64,000 bases of DNA. It comes from a virus (Duplodnaviria > Caudoviricetes). Below, in pieces: positions 9,371 through 19,771 of this stretch (the stretch's first letter is position 1; each line of letters opens with the position of its first letter). Below the pieces are notes generated by a model. That model did not search any database. It saw only the letters and a list, made by a program, of their open reading frames with translations, and was not told the origin of the DNA. The DNA is taken from positions 40,907-104,906 of the IMG/VR virus record IMGVR_UViG_2706795344_000001; one strand, 5' to 3'. A program made the translations under genes and the position numbers.

Positions 9371-9513
9371 AATATTTAATTTTATTTTAAATTTAATTTT
9401 ATTCTATTAATAACATTTGGCAGATACGAAGAATGCATTTTTCATAAACGATAAATGGAGATTTTGATAACGAAATATGCATATTGCATTATCGAAATAT
9501 GGGAGGGAAATAA
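9371..9513. repeat. Putative replication origin: AT-rich tract plus four degenerate 22-bp iteron-like repeats
   Basis: CGA-N3-ATG core at 9427, 9449, 9471, 9493 (exact 22-bp period); almost pure A/T tract 9371-9413. Confidence 0.6.
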
Positions 9514-9612
9514 AAAAGATTGAAAAACTACTGGACAATACATATATAGTAGTATAGTATGAATATATAAATAGACTGGAATTAATTTGATTATAAATAA
9601 TTGTACATAGTT

Positions 9613-9640
9613 ATAGTACCATAAAAATCCATTTTGTCAA
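9613..9640 (-). promoter_or_regulatory. Sigma70 promoter for leftward operon
   Basis: TTGACA-16-TACTAT with TG extension. Confidence 0.6.
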
Positions 9641-9676
9641 GTTCTTTGTTGTTACAGAAATGTAAACAATGAGGTC

Positions 9677-9704
9677 TTGACTATTGTCGTTTTTACTGTA
9701 TAAT
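9677..9704 (+). promoter_or_regulatory. Sigma70 promoter for replication operon
   Basis: TTGACT-16-TATAAT upstream of RBS AGGAGG. Confidence 0.65.
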
Positions 9705-9734
9705 AGTGCGTGAAGATCAATATAGGAGGATAAG

Positions 9735-10205
9735 ATGTCGTGGAATAATCTATCTGATAGATGGAAGGATTACTTTATTAAGGAGCTACATTTAATTGCA
9801 TCAATGTCAAGAGATGTGGATACAAAGGTTGGGGCGATTATTATTGATACAGAGAATAAAGTTGTCATAGCTAAAGGCTACAACGATTTACCAAGAGGTG
9901 TCTATCATCACATTGCTAGAAACTCTAGGCCACTTAAATATAAATACACAACACATGCTGAAATGAATGCACTCTTCAATGCCTTATATCAAGGTGCTAG
10001 TGTTAAGGGTGCAACAATGTTGTGTACGTTATTCTCATGTTCTACATGTTGTGGTGGTGTGATTCAGAGTGGTATCAAAGAGTTTGTTTGCCCTGAACCT
10101 GATTGGGAGTACCCATCTTTAAAAGAAGATTTCCCTGTAACAAGTCAGATGTATGATGAAGCACTTGTACATGTAATATTTGAGGAGAAGTTATCGAATG
10201 TCTAA
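9735..10205 (+). CDS. dCMP deaminase
   Basis: 'S.D..TKVGA', 'GYN', 'HAE.NA', 'C..C' zinc deaminase motifs. Confidence 0.9.
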   Translation: MSWNNLSDRWKDYFIKELHLIASMSRDVDTKVGAIIIDTENKVVIAKGYNDLPRGVYHHIARNSRPLKYKYTTHAEMNALFNALYQGASVKGATMLCTLFSCSTCCGGVIQSGIKEFVCPEPDWEYPSLKEDFPVTSQMYDEALVHVIFEEKLSNV

Positions 10206-12279
10206 CATCCCAACAAATATGATCTGGAAGAAGGTTAAGGGTGAATGGACAATTGGTAAGTTCATGGGTGTAGATTGGAGTGGTATAGTTTGGGAGGATG
10301 AAGGTAAACAACCATGCCCACATTGCCAAGCTAATGGAGAGGATAGGTCAGGAAACAACTTCCATGTTTATGGTTTAGACGAGCTTGGACGTCCATTAGG
10401 TGGGAAATGTTTTAGGGAAGAGCTAGTCATTGTTTCTGTAGAGAAAGCAATTGATGATGCAAATGAAGAAAGTGGTAATGCTGCCAAGGATTATGTAAAG
10501 AAGTATGACGGAGGTAAGTCGGTAAATATGTCAGCATTTGATGAGAAGAAGTTAAGTAAAGAAAAAGCCAAACTCAAACGTGAGCGTCTGAGTGGTGAAG
10601 AGTTAAGACAAATCCTAGAAGATACTGGTGACGACCCTAGAATGTTACGTGGTATGGATTTGGAAACCTCTAGGAAATATGATATTCGATATCAGTATGA
10701 TACGAGTACAGGTAAAGCAAAAGTAATGATGATTCCAGCATTCATTGAAGAGGATGGTGAGTTTGTTATTACAGGTTATAAATGTCGTAACTTCCGTAAG
10801 AAGAAAGATCAGGAAGGTCACTTCTACTCTATTGGTTACGTAGGTAAACTGAACTGTTTCATGGGCCAGAATATTGCTAAGTCAGCTAACCATGCACTTA
10901 TTGTTGGTGGTGAGATTGATGTTATTGCAGCCGATACTCTACTTAAGAAACATTCAAAGCTTAAGCAATACAACAAGAACTATGTTGTATTAAGCTCATT
11001 GGTTGGTGAGCCAGCTACATTTGAAGTGTGTAAACAAAACTACGAATTCATGTCTGGTTTCAGCAAAGTGGTAGTTGCACTAGACAATGATAATGCTGGT
11101 AAAGAAGCTACTGAGCGTGTTAAAGAAGTTCTTCCAAATGAAACACTATTTGTTGCGAAACTCTCTTATAAGGACCCATGGGTTTATTGGGAGGAATTCA
11201 AAAAGAATGGTAATAAAGAAGCACCTAAAGAATTTGAGAATGATGTTCATTGGAACAGTAAAGTTGTCAAGTCGTTTGGTTTAGTTGGTTCACGATCTTT
11301 ACTATCACGAGCAATTGAGCATGTGGTACGTCCTAAGATTCCTTTACCAGCCTTCTTACGTGATTTGGATGATTATTTTACCGATGGTATTGGTCTCGGT
11401 GAAATCTTTAACATCATCTCTAACACTTCTACAGGTAAATCTGTTTATGTGAATGAGATGATCTCTGATTGGGTTGTAAATGCACCATACAAGATGTGTA
11501 TTTTCTCGTTAGAGGATAACTGTGGTTCATATGGTACTAAGATTGCTTCTCGCTTAATTGGTCGCTCCATTCACCGTGTTAAGGGTGCAGAGAATCGTCG
11601 TAAGATTCTTGAGGACAATGAAGAGAAGATCATGGAGTTCTTAACTGACAAAGAAACTGGTGAAGATGCATTCTACTTAATTGAAGAGGCATTCAGTGAC
11701 TTAGAGCAAGTTAAGCAAGCTATTCTTCAGGCTATTAAAGTTCTTGGCTGTAAGATCATTGTAATTGACCCATTAGTCAACTTGATCTCGCATAAGACAA
11801 ATGAAGAGCAGATTGCATTCATGGTGTTCGAAGAAGAGTGTCGTCGTATCTATGATGTGACATTCATTAACGTGTGTCATACACGTAAAATTGGTGGTGG
11901 TGGTTCGAAAGCAGCTTCTCAAGGTGGAGACATCACAGAGGAAGATGTGAAGGGTTCAAGCCAGATTACAGGTTCAGCGACTATCAATATGATTATTCGT
12001 CGTGACAAAGGTAATCCAGACCCAATCATCCGTAACACTACTGAGATCGACTTGATGAAGAATCGTACAGATGGTACTACAGGTAAGAGCGTTGCAAAAA
12101 TCTTCTATCATGGAGAATCACATACACTCATTCCTTATAGTATTGCTGAGGAGAATGACTTCTTCCAAGATGGTCAAAAGGTTGACTTCAATCGTAAGGG
12201 TGTCACACCTGTAACTACACAGGAGGATGCAGAAGATGATAATGAAGTTGTAGACCCTAAAGAAATGGATTTTGCTTAA
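10198..12279 (+). CDS. T7 gp4-like DNA primase/helicase
   Basis: N-term Zn finger CPHC; TOPRIM 'GGEID', 'DND.AG'; SF4 helicase 'STGKS', 'SLED', 'IVIDP', 'KGS', 'KNR..G.TG'. Confidence 0.9.
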   Translation: MSNIPTNMIWKKVKGEWTIGKFMGVDWSGIVWEDEGKQPCPHCQANGEDRSGNNFHVYGLDELGRPLGGKCFREELVIVSVEKAIDDANEESGNAAKDYVKKYDGGKSVNMSAFDEKKLSKEKAKLKRERLSGEELRQILEDTGDDPRMLRGMDLETSRKYDIRYQYDTSTGKAKVMMIPAFIEEDGEFVITGYKCRNFRKKKDQEGHFYSIGYVGKLNCFMGQNIAKSANHALIVGGEIDVIAADTLLKKHSKLKQYNKNYVVLSSLVGEPATFEVCKQNYEFMSGFSKVVVALDNDNAGKEATERVKEVLPNETLFVAKLSYKDPWVYWEEFKKNGNKEAPKEFENDVHWNSKVVKSFGLVGSRSLLSRAIEHVVRPKIPLPAFLRDLDDYFTDGIGLGEIFNIISNTSTGKSVYVNEMISDWVVNAPYKMCIFSLEDNCGSYGTKIASRLIGRSIHRVKGAENRRKILEDNEEKIMEFLTDKETGEDAFYLIEEAFSDLEQVKQAILQAIKVLGCKIIVIDPLVNLISHKTNEEQIAFMVFEEECRRIYDVTFINVCHTRKIGGGGSKAASQGGDITEEDVKGSSQITGSATINMIIRRDKGNPDPIIRNTTEIDLMKNRTDGTTGKSVAKIFYHGESHTLIPYSIAEENDFFQDGQKVDFNRKGVTPVTTQEDAEDDNEVVDPKEMDFA

Positions 12280-12283
12280 TAAC

Positions 12284-12322
12284 TTGTGAAATCAAGCAGA
12301 TGCTGGTATAATGCTGGCATCT
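12284..12322 (+). promoter_or_regulatory. Sigma70 promoter with -10 in hairpin loop
   Basis: TTGTGA-17-TATAAT; AGATGCTGG/CTGGCATCT stem. Confidence 0.6.
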
Positions 12323-12339
12323 AAATTTTAGGAGGTAAT

Positions 12340-12705
12340 ATGGAAAAGAATTTTGGTAATTTAATTTTAGATTTATTTAAATTAAACACAGGAGATGAGG
12401 TAATTCGTTTAGCAGATTTTAGAATGCTGTCTGCTGAAGGTGTTGAATATAATTTTTTCTTTGGCAATGTTTATAACTTTGAGATTAATCTTGCACACTA
12501 CAGTAAAGAGTTTGTGAAAGGTCAAGGGGATGTACATAACTTTGTGTTATCTGTAACACAGGGTGCTATTAAAAAGTCTTCAATAATTTCTCATGAAGCT
12601 TTAAATATCGTTGGTGAACAAGGTCTCATTAAAACTATTAAACGTATTTGTAATGAAATTATTTCTGAGCGTTTGAATGAAGTGTTAGGGGGTGATAGTG
12701 TCTAA
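12340..12705 (+). CDS. Hypothetical protein
   Basis: RBS AGGAGGT. Confidence 0.6.
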   Translation: MEKNFGNLILDLFKLNTGDEVIRLADFRMLSAEGVEYNFFFGNVYNFEINLAHYSKEFVKGQGDVHNFVLSVTQGAIKKSSIISHEALNIVGEQGLIKTIKRICNEIISERLNEVLGGDSV

Positions 12706-14761
12706 GGATTTAAAACTACGTTTTTTCGCAAGTGACTTGGAGGCAACTGGTTTAATCTGGCAGATGATACAACAAGGTGATGATAAGAAGCTTCATAACT
12801 TTTGTGGTATTGAAATCAAGGATAGTAAGTTTCAAGATATCCAGATGCATCATCCACATACAAAGAAAGCAATTCAACGATTGCAAGATTGGATTGATGA
12901 CCCTGAAAATGTTTTCATTATTCATAATGCCTATACATATGATTTACATGCATTAGAATTATTTGGGTTAGATACATCTAAGATGAAGATTATTGATACT
13001 CTACCGTTATCTTGGTACTTGCATCACGATCGTGAACGTCATGGTCTTGAGTGGTGGGGTGAAGAGTTTGGTGTACCTAAACCGAAGATCGACAATTGGG
13101 AAGACTTAACACAAGAAGAGTATGATCATCGTGTTATAGAGGACTGTAAGATTCAACGATTGTTATGGATGAAGTTGTGTACTGAATTTGGAGAGATGTA
13201 TGGAGTTAAGACTCAAACAGAAGTATATAACCATCCAGCATTTAAGTACATTCAATTTAAGTCTAAGCAATTGGCTGAGCAGATGCGTAATAAGTGGAAA
13301 TTTAATGTAGAGGGTGGTAAGAAACTCTATGAGGAATTAGAAGCTGAAATTGCGACACGTACAGAAACATTGAAGTCTGTAATGCCAAAAGTACCTAAGT
13401 ATGCTAAACGTAAGCCACCAGCTAAACCTTATAAAGCTAATGGTGAACTTTCGGCTACAGGTGAGAAATGGAAAAAACTTTGTGAAGATAATGGGTATGA
13501 TTTTAATACTTATCGAGGTGAGATTCAGGAACTTACTAAGTATGAGGAACCAAACCCTGCATCATCACAACAGAAGAAAGCTTGGTTGACCAGCTTAGGT
13601 TGGGAGCCAATGACCTTTGAATACAAGCGTCAGCCAGATGGTACTACACGTGCTATCCCTCAGATTAATAAGAAAAACTCTGGTGGATTGGTATGTGAGT
13701 CTGTATCTTTACTTGCTGAAGAAGTTCCAGAGGTTAAAGCTTTAGAAGGTCTGGGAATTGTTAACCATCGATTTAGTATGGTTAAAGGTTGGTTAGAGAA
13801 CCATGAAGACGGGTATTTGATTGCACAAGCTGGTGGATTCACAAACACATTACGTTTGAAACACCGTATTCTTGTGAACATGCCTTCTGGTCGTGTACCT
13901 TATGGTTTGGCTATCCGTGGATTGCTTGAGGCACGTGAAGGATGTACATTAACTGGTGCAGACTTAAGTTCCTTGGAGAACCGTTGGAAGTTCCACCATC
14001 AGTACCCTTTAGACCCTGATTATGTAGAGGCACAGATGTCAGATGACTTTGACCCTCACTTAGCACTAGCTGAGATGGCAGGGTTATTAGATGCTGACGA
14101 TGTAAACTTCTATAAATTATTTGAAAGTGGTTACACCATCCCAGAAGAGTGTTATACTGATGAGCTTAAGCGACGTATTGCTAAAGCTGAGAAGGATGAA
14201 GACTGGAAGCACTCAGAGATTAAGCGTATTGCTAAAATCCGTGGTGTTGGTAAAAATGGTAACTATGCTTTACAATATGGTTCTGGTGTTGAGACTTTGG
14301 CCCGTACTGCTAAGATTACAAGAAAAGAAGCTACAAAGCTTAAGGCTGGTTATGATAAACTTAACTGGACTATTCCTGTTATCGCTAAAGCACAGCGTGT
14401 TAAGGATTTCAAACATGGACGATTCTTGTACAATCGTGAGAATAAGTTCTGGTATCCATTAAAGGCTGAGAAAGATAGATTCTCTACTCTTATTCAAGGT
14501 AGTGGTTCTTACACTCTCGACTTGTGGATTATGAAGTTCTTCCAGATTCGCAAGAAAGCTATTGAATCAGGCCGTATTAAGTTTGCTAGATTGTTGGGTA
14601 CATTCCACGATGAATTGATCTTAGAGCACCGTACAGAGGATTCTGAGGCTATTCGTGAGATGTTAAAGGAAGCTATTGACTTAGTTAATAAATCATTAAA
14701 GCTTTCTGTAGACTTGACATGTGATATCAAACAAGGTAATACTTACTCGGAGATACATTAA
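12698..14761 (+). CDS. DNA polymerase family A with 3'-5' exonuclease (T7-like)
   Basis: Exo 'SDLEAT', 'HNAYTYD'; motif A 'ADLSSLENR', motif B 'R...KNGNYALQYG' (Tyr at 762-equivalent), motif C 'FHDE'. Confidence 0.95.
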   Translation: MSKDLKLRFFASDLEATGLIWQMIQQGDDKKLHNFCGIEIKDSKFQDIQMHHPHTKKAIQRLQDWIDDPENVFIIHNAYTYDLHALELFGLDTSKMKIIDTLPLSWYLHHDRERHGLEWWGEEFGVPKPKIDNWEDLTQEEYDHRVIEDCKIQRLLWMKLCTEFGEMYGVKTQTEVYNHPAFKYIQFKSKQLAEQMRNKWKFNVEGGKKLYEELEAEIATRTETLKSVMPKVPKYAKRKPPAKPYKANGELSATGEKWKKLCEDNGYDFNTYRGEIQELTKYEEPNPASSQQKKAWLTSLGWEPMTFEYKRQPDGTTRAIPQINKKNSGGLVCESVSLLAEEVPEVKALEGLGIVNHRFSMVKGWLENHEDGYLIAQAGGFTNTLRLKHRILVNMPSGRVPYGLAIRGLLEAREGCTLTGADLSSLENRWKFHHQYPLDPDYVEAQMSDDFDPHLALAEMAGLLDADDVNFYKLFESGYTIPEECYTDELKRRIAKAEKDEDWKHSEIKRIAKIRGVGKNGNYALQYGSGVETLARTAKITRKEATKLKAGYDKLNWTIPVIAKAQRVKDFKHGRFLYNRENKFWYPLKAEKDRFSTLIQGSGSYTLDLWIMKFFQIRKKAIESGRIKFARLLGTFHDELILEHRTEDSEAIREMLKEAIDLVNKSLKLSVDLTCDIKQGNTYSEIH

Positions 14762-14990
14762 TGAGAAAAATTTTATGAAAAAGTTGCAATTACTTGTTGA
14801 CATTGCTGAAAGTTCTGATAATATGGTTGCCATGAAGGGGAATGTGGATACAGCGACAAAGCTTCCTAGTTCCCACATAACCCTTCAAGAAGCTCATCAA
14901 ATTATGGAAAGGTTTGAGGCGAGTTGGGAAAATTACTTCCCGAAGCCTTCAAATGCAATTTTCAGAGTTGTTTAACAGAAAGGTGGTTCT

Positions 14991-15200
14991 ATGTTATACT
15001 CGTTAGTTTTGGTTGTGTTCTTGAGCAACGGTTCAGAGGATAGAACCACTTTAGTTAAAAATTATCAAGATGATACTTGCATTGAGTCAAGAGATATGTT
15101 AAGATCACAACTTGATTATTATAACAACTTACCAAAAGGTTCTGGTAAGGATGTTGAATTTGTGGATGCTGAGTGTATAGCTCAGAAAGATTTTGTTTAG
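14991..15200 (+). CDS. Small hydrophobic-N-terminus two-Cys protein
   Basis: 'YSLVLVVFL' start, Cys pair; similar ORFs at 52097, 58260, 61475. Confidence 0.55.
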   Translation: MLYSLVLVVFLSNGSEDRTTLVKNYQDDTCIESRDMLRSQLDYYNNLPKGSGKDVEFVDAECIAQKDFV

Positions 15201-15221
15201 TTAGTTAGAGGATGTAAATTT

Positions 15222-16430
15222 ATGGGTCTTAAAGCTCGTGGTATCAAACGTAATAATTCAGGCAAACCTAAGATCGACTACGAAGCAATTGCAGCTCAGG
15301 TTGATGAAGGTTCTCACGGTGCTCGAATTAGTCAGATTATTGACTTAGGTATGCACCAAGACTCAACCAAATTAAGTAACAAAGGTTACACTGCCTTTGA
15401 AACGGAAGAAGAAGCTGAGCAGTTTATCGAAGATATGATTGCTAAATACGGTGAACGCCACTCAGCTTTTGAGAATGAAGTTGAAGTAGAAGATGCTGAT
15501 GAAGCTAATTTCGATGACAAGAAAACAAAACTTGTTAAGTTGAAAGGTAAAGGTGACAAAGCCGAGTGGGTTGAAGCTAAAGGTGAGAAAAACTTTGTAG
15601 TTAAGATCAATGAGTATGGTGGTTATGATAAAAAAGGTGAGCCTTTAGAATATCAAGAACTCGCTATCATGGCTGACTTAACTGAGTTGGAAGTTGATTA
15701 TGGTGGTGACATTGGTATTAAACCTTACCGTGTACTTTTAAACAAGTTCTTCAAAGGTAATATCAATGGATTCCAGTTGAAGAAATCACCTCCAGAGAAA
15801 GATGGTGGTGTTTGGACAGTTAAAAGCAACACTAAGTTGGCCGAGATTGCAACCGCTACTGGTCTTAAGAGTTTACTTCAGGTTGATCTTGAAGATGCTG
15901 ATTGGGCAGAAATGCTTGGACAAGCAATGAATGTGTCATTAACTAAGAGTGGTGACAAAGAGCAATACGTTAACGTTGGGAAGTGTGTTGCACTTAAGAA
16001 GAAAAAGAATCGTAAAACTGGTGAGATGGAAGTTGAAGAAGTTGAAGAACTTGCAGAAGAACCTCTATTGATCACGTTTGACGATGTAACAGTAGATATC
16101 TTGAAGAAGGCGCATCTACGTTACGACATCATTCAGAAAATTAAGAGTGCATCGGACTATGAAGGTTCACAAATGCAAGAAGCTCTTGAAGAGTATGAAG
16201 AGTGGTTGGAAGCTCAAAATAAATCTAAGCCTAAGTCAGAAGATGAGGACGTAGATCAAGATGATGATGAAGACGACAATGATGACGATGAAGTTGTTGA
16301 AAAACGTAAAGTTACGAAAGTAACCAAAAAGTCGCCAGCTAAGTCAAAAGGTAAGAAAGAGGTTGAGCCTGATGATGAAGATGAAGACGAACCAGTCGAT
16401 GATGAAGACGACGAAACTTGGACTGATTAA
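15222..16430 (+). CDS. Putative single-stranded DNA-binding protein
   Basis: 'ARISQIIDLG.H' OB-like start, very acidic C-tail ending in W-T-D; position after polymerase. Confidence 0.6.
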   Translation: MGLKARGIKRNNSGKPKIDYEAIAAQVDEGSHGARISQIIDLGMHQDSTKLSNKGYTAFETEEEAEQFIEDMIAKYGERHSAFENEVEVEDADEANFDDKKTKLVKLKGKGDKAEWVEAKGEKNFVVKINEYGGYDKKGEPLEYQELAIMADLTELEVDYGGDIGIKPYRVLLNKFFKGNINGFQLKKSPPEKDGGVWTVKSNTKLAEIATATGLKSLLQVDLEDADWAEMLGQAMNVSLTKSGDKEQYVNVGKCVALKKKKNRKTGEMEVEEVEELAEEPLLITFDDVTVDILKKAHLRYDIIQKIKSASDYEGSQMQEALEEYEEWLEAQNKSKPKSEDEDVDQDDDEDDNDDDEVVEKRKVTKVTKKSPAKSKGKKEVEPDDEDEDEPVDDEDDETWTD

Positions 16431-16685
16431 TGTATGAAAGCAAGCGTTTCGATTTCCTCAAATGAGTTGAAGCGCTTATTTCACAAGTCAGTTAAAGAGG
16501 GTGGTTTCTCTGAGAGGATTATCTCGGAGACCATCCAAAAATTATTGGTGAGGGTGGAAAAGGATTATCCAAATCTTTTAAAAGGAATTTACCAATCATC
16601 ATATCGTAAGTATCAGAAGCATCTGGCTGATGAAATTAAGCGTCAACGTGACGAAAATATGAAGACAATTTATGGAGGGTAATGA

Positions 16686-17081
16686 ATGAGTAGACTTACT
16701 GACTCAGAAGAAAAACACATCAATGAACTAGCAACAGAAGCTGCAAGCAAACGTGGTGCTGGACGTCCTGAAATTGATAGCGAAGCTATCTTCAATGAAC
16801 TTATCTCAAAACCTGAGACGCGAAAGAAAATTCGAGATCAAATTAAATATCTCGTAGCAGAACGTCGAAAGGCTAATGTAGTAAATGAGCGATATAAAGA
16901 TGATGTAAAAGCTACCAAAGAAGTGTTTGGATTGGCAACGTCATTTATCAATAGCACTGTAGATGCAATCGTAAAAGATAAAGTTGATAAGAAAAAATCA
17001 GAAGCATCACAATTCGCTGATTTCTTGCAAATCCTTATGGAAGATGAAGGAATGGAAGACGAATTCGATGAAGAAGATTGA
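16686..17081 (+). CDS. T4 DsbA/GapR-like dsDNA-binding protein
   Basis: Helical 'KIRDQIK....R.....NE.YKD.V...KE.FG' pattern. Confidence 0.45.
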   Translation: MSRLTDSEEKHINELATEAASKRGAGRPEIDSEAIFNELISKPETRKKIRDQIKYLVAERRKANVVNERYKDDVKATKEVFGLATSFINSTVDAIVKDKVDKKKSEASQFADFLQILMEDEGMEDEFDEED

Positions 17082-17293
17082 GGTCAAGTACGGACCTTAT
17101 CGATTATTTGACGATGGCGAAGGCCATCGTTTTCTTATTCCAGTAGATGAATATGAAGAGTTTGAAAAGAAACTTAAATTAGTCGAAGAGGTCGATGGAG
17201 ATGAGTGGTATACAGCTTGGAGTGACTTACTAGACGGTTATGATCGTTTAGAAGGGGAATCCTACTTAGTAATTCTGGAGAATGAGGTGATTA

Positions 17294-18556
17294 GTGGGAT
17301 TTAAGATGAGAAAGCAGGGAGTCAAGGAACATTACGTTCATGAAATTGATTTTCCTAAGTATGAAAAGAAAAGTAAAGTTGTTTTATTCGATGCCGACAT
17401 TTTAGCATTTAAAGTTTCTTCAGTTTGTGAATCACGTTTTGAGTTCACACATAAAGATGATGAGGATGAAGTCTACTTAGCAAAATCAATTACAGAGTTC
17501 AAAGGTTTTCTGGAAGACGAACAATCCCGCTTTGCACAAAAAATTGACAAAGCTGCACGTAAACTTATGGAAGTTAGAAAGTCTGGAGATGAGAAAGCAA
17601 TTGCTAAAGCTCAGGCTACTCTGAATAAATGGCGTGAAGCGTTTGAAAATGTTCCGAAGTTTGAAGATTTTATTCGAAAGGACGTACAGATTCCTGACCC
17701 ATTCGAGTATTGTGCAAAGACTCTTAATGAAGCTTATGATCGTGTTATGAAGTTACTAAAAGCCAAACATAGTGAAATATATGTGGGTGGTAGTGAAAAT
17801 TTCCGATCTAAACTCCCATTACCTTTAGAGTATAAGGTTTCTGTCCGTAGTGATGGTATTCGACCTATACACTTAACTGCTGCCAAAGAACATCTTATTA
17901 AGAAGTTTAATGGCATCAAGGTTAAAGGTATTGAAGCTGATGATGTATTACAGATGCGACAATTTCAGTTGGCTAGTCAAGGTATTGATGTCTACATGTA
18001 TTCAAATGATAAAGATAGAATGCAAGGTTGGTACGGTAAATACTACAATCCAGACAATAATGAGATTAAGGCATTAGATTGCTATTTAGGTACTATCAAT
18101 GAGAAGGGTAAAGGTTGTGGACTAAAATGGTTGTTATTCCAAATGTCACAAGGCGACCCAATTGATGGTTATAGCCCTAAAGAGTGGTACGATAAAACTT
18201 ATTATAAGCGTGGATATGGGCCAAAAAGTTTTTATGATGACTTTGCCCACATCGACAATGTAAAAGAGCTTCTGGAGCATTACATCGTCGTACATCGTGA
18301 TAGATTGATGTCTAAAGAGTTTTATACATGGGAAACTTGGGATGGACGTCATGTTAAAGCAAATTGGTTAGGTATCCTTGAGCTGATGTTCTCTTGTGCT
18401 TATATGAAATTGGAAGTTGATGATAAACGTACATTCCGATCTTTATGTCAAGAGCATGGTGTTGATGCTGGTGAAATGATCTTTGAAGTTAAAAACATTG
18501 AAGACTTCCCAACAGAGGAACTTGGCTGTGTTGCTGAGGAGTATAAGAATGTATAA
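17294..18556 (+). CDS. 5'-3' exonuclease (T7 gp6/FEN-like)
   Basis: 'DADILAF', 'NFR', 'YK..R', 'EADD', 'DKD', 'GD..DGY'. Confidence 0.9.
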   Translation: MGFKMRKQGVKEHYVHEIDFPKYEKKSKVVLFDADILAFKVSSVCESRFEFTHKDDEDEVYLAKSITEFKGFLEDEQSRFAQKIDKAARKLMEVRKSGDEKAIAKAQATLNKWREAFENVPKFEDFIRKDVQIPDPFEYCAKTLNEAYDRVMKLLKAKHSEIYVGGSENFRSKLPLPLEYKVSVRSDGIRPIHLTAAKEHLIKKFNGIKVKGIEADDVLQMRQFQLASQGIDVYMYSNDKDRMQGWYGKYYNPDNNEIKALDCYLGTINEKGKGCGLKWLLFQMSQGDPIDGYSPKEWYDKTYYKRGYGPKSFYDDFAHIDNVKELLEHYIVVHRDRLMSKEFYTWETWDGRHVKANWLGILELMFSCAYMKLEVDDKRTFRSLCQEHGVDAGEMIFEVKNIEDFPTEELGCVAEEYKNV

Positions 18557-19151
18557 ACGTGGGTTAATATCTGTACAGGAAGCTGCTCGTGATCTTGTGA
18601 GTAATAAGTTTACTGTAGGGCAGTCAGCATACGTTGCTGATGGTATCTATATGTTGGATTATAACGACTTCGCCAGAGTAGAAAACGGTGTAGTGGTAGA
18701 AAGATGTAGAAATGGAGGAATAGAAATGAATTTAGGTGGACATACACACGAATTTGTTGATTTATCTTTGGATAGAGAAAGAATTAGATCACTTTCAAAT
18801 AATTTAACGACCATTAGTGGTAAAATTAGTGGTAGTGGTTTAAAGAGTTTTAGTTTTGATTTGGCACGACGTGAATGCCCTCCAAATAAGGTCGTTATTT
18901 ATAATCAACGGGTTTGGAATATTGACAGTTCAGCACGTGATAATCTGGCAATTATGACAGTTAACGATTATTACAAACTGTCAGGTAAGACAGTCTCTCA
19001 AATTTTGGAGAATTCAGTTACAGATCGATTTGATATCGAAGTGTGGTTTGAAGATGACCGTCAATTCCACGTATATAAAAACGACAAACGAATCTTTGAG
19101 AGTAAATCAGCCAAAGCTACAGCTGCATTCATTGAGGGTGGATTGAAGTGA
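18549..19151 (+). CDS. Hypothetical protein
   Basis: ATG with RBS GAGGAG. Confidence 0.55.
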   Translation: MYKRGLISVQEAARDLVSNKFTVGQSAYVADGIYMLDYNDFARVENGVVVERCRNGGIEMNLGGHTHEFVDLSLDRERIRSLSNNLTTISGKISGSGLKSFSFDLARRECPPNKVVIYNQRVWNIDSSARDNLAIMTVNDYYKLSGKTVSQILENSVTDRFDIEVWFEDDRQFHVYKNDKRIFESKSAKATAAFIEGGLK

Positions 19152-19771
19152 TGGATTTTGGGATTGAAGAAGCTGAGCAAGATATCCCTAAAGATTTTTC
19201 GAAGATGTCTGATGTAGAGTTGAAGCAATTCCTAACATGTACACGACACGTATTCAAGAATGAAGCATCTTTCTTCACTTGGGTACGTAGTGGATTAAGA
19301 CAAGGTTTGTGGATGAAACACCCTATTAAAATGGAGATGTTAAAGTCACAGCGTCGTAAGATTCCTAACCCTAGACCAAACCCACGTAAAGGTGCTGAGT
19401 TAGTTTGGGGTTTCGATTGTGCATGTTGTGGTGGACAGTTCACTGCATCCAATGTCGAGGTAGACCATAAGGTTGGCGAACATAGCTTAAAGACCATTGA
19501 AGATTTAGTAACTTTCTTTAAGAAAATCATGTTAGTAACGCCATCTGACCTACAGATACTTTGCAAAGGATGTCATGGTATCAAGACATATGCTGAACGT
19601 TATGGAGTAACAGAGACGAGAGCAAAAGCTATTAAGAAAGCAATTGCAACCATCAAAGAAGGCAATCATCAAGAGGAGCTGAAAAGGTTGGGTGTTCTTA
19701 AACTCGTAACTAAAGCCAAGGCTAGGCCACTACTTGAAGATTTATACGAAAGAGAAATCTTGGAGGAATAG
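19148..19771 (+). CDS. HNH endonuclease
   Basis: 'CACC...VEVDH...LQILCKGCH..KT'. Confidence 0.85.
   Translation: MMDFGIEEAEQDIPKDFSKMSDVELKQFLTCTRHVFKNEASFFTWVRSGLRQGLWMKHPIKMEMLKSQRRKIPNPRPNPRKGAELVWGFDCACCGGQFTASNVEVDHKVGEHSLKTIEDLVTFFKKIMLVTPSDLQILCKGCHGIKTYAERYGVTETRAKAIKKAIATIKEGNHQEELKRLGVLKLVTKAKARPLLEDLYEREILEE

Noticed and set aside
9426-9513. Periodic repeats (also 62603-62684) as CRISPR or mini-array
   Set aside because: Repeats too short/degenerate, spacers too short, no cas genes
14060-14230. Insert in PolA between 'DPH' and motif B as possible intein or intron
   Set aside because: Only ~45 aa, in frame, no intein C/S...HN ends or endonuclease motifs
16240-16430. GAT/GAC/GAA-rich repetitive DNA
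   Set aside because: Explained by acidic C-terminal tail of the SSB-like protein
19148-19771. HNH gene as mobile homing element
   Set aside because: Not inside an interrupted gene; tightly coupled within the nuclease cluster, more likely a resident nuclease
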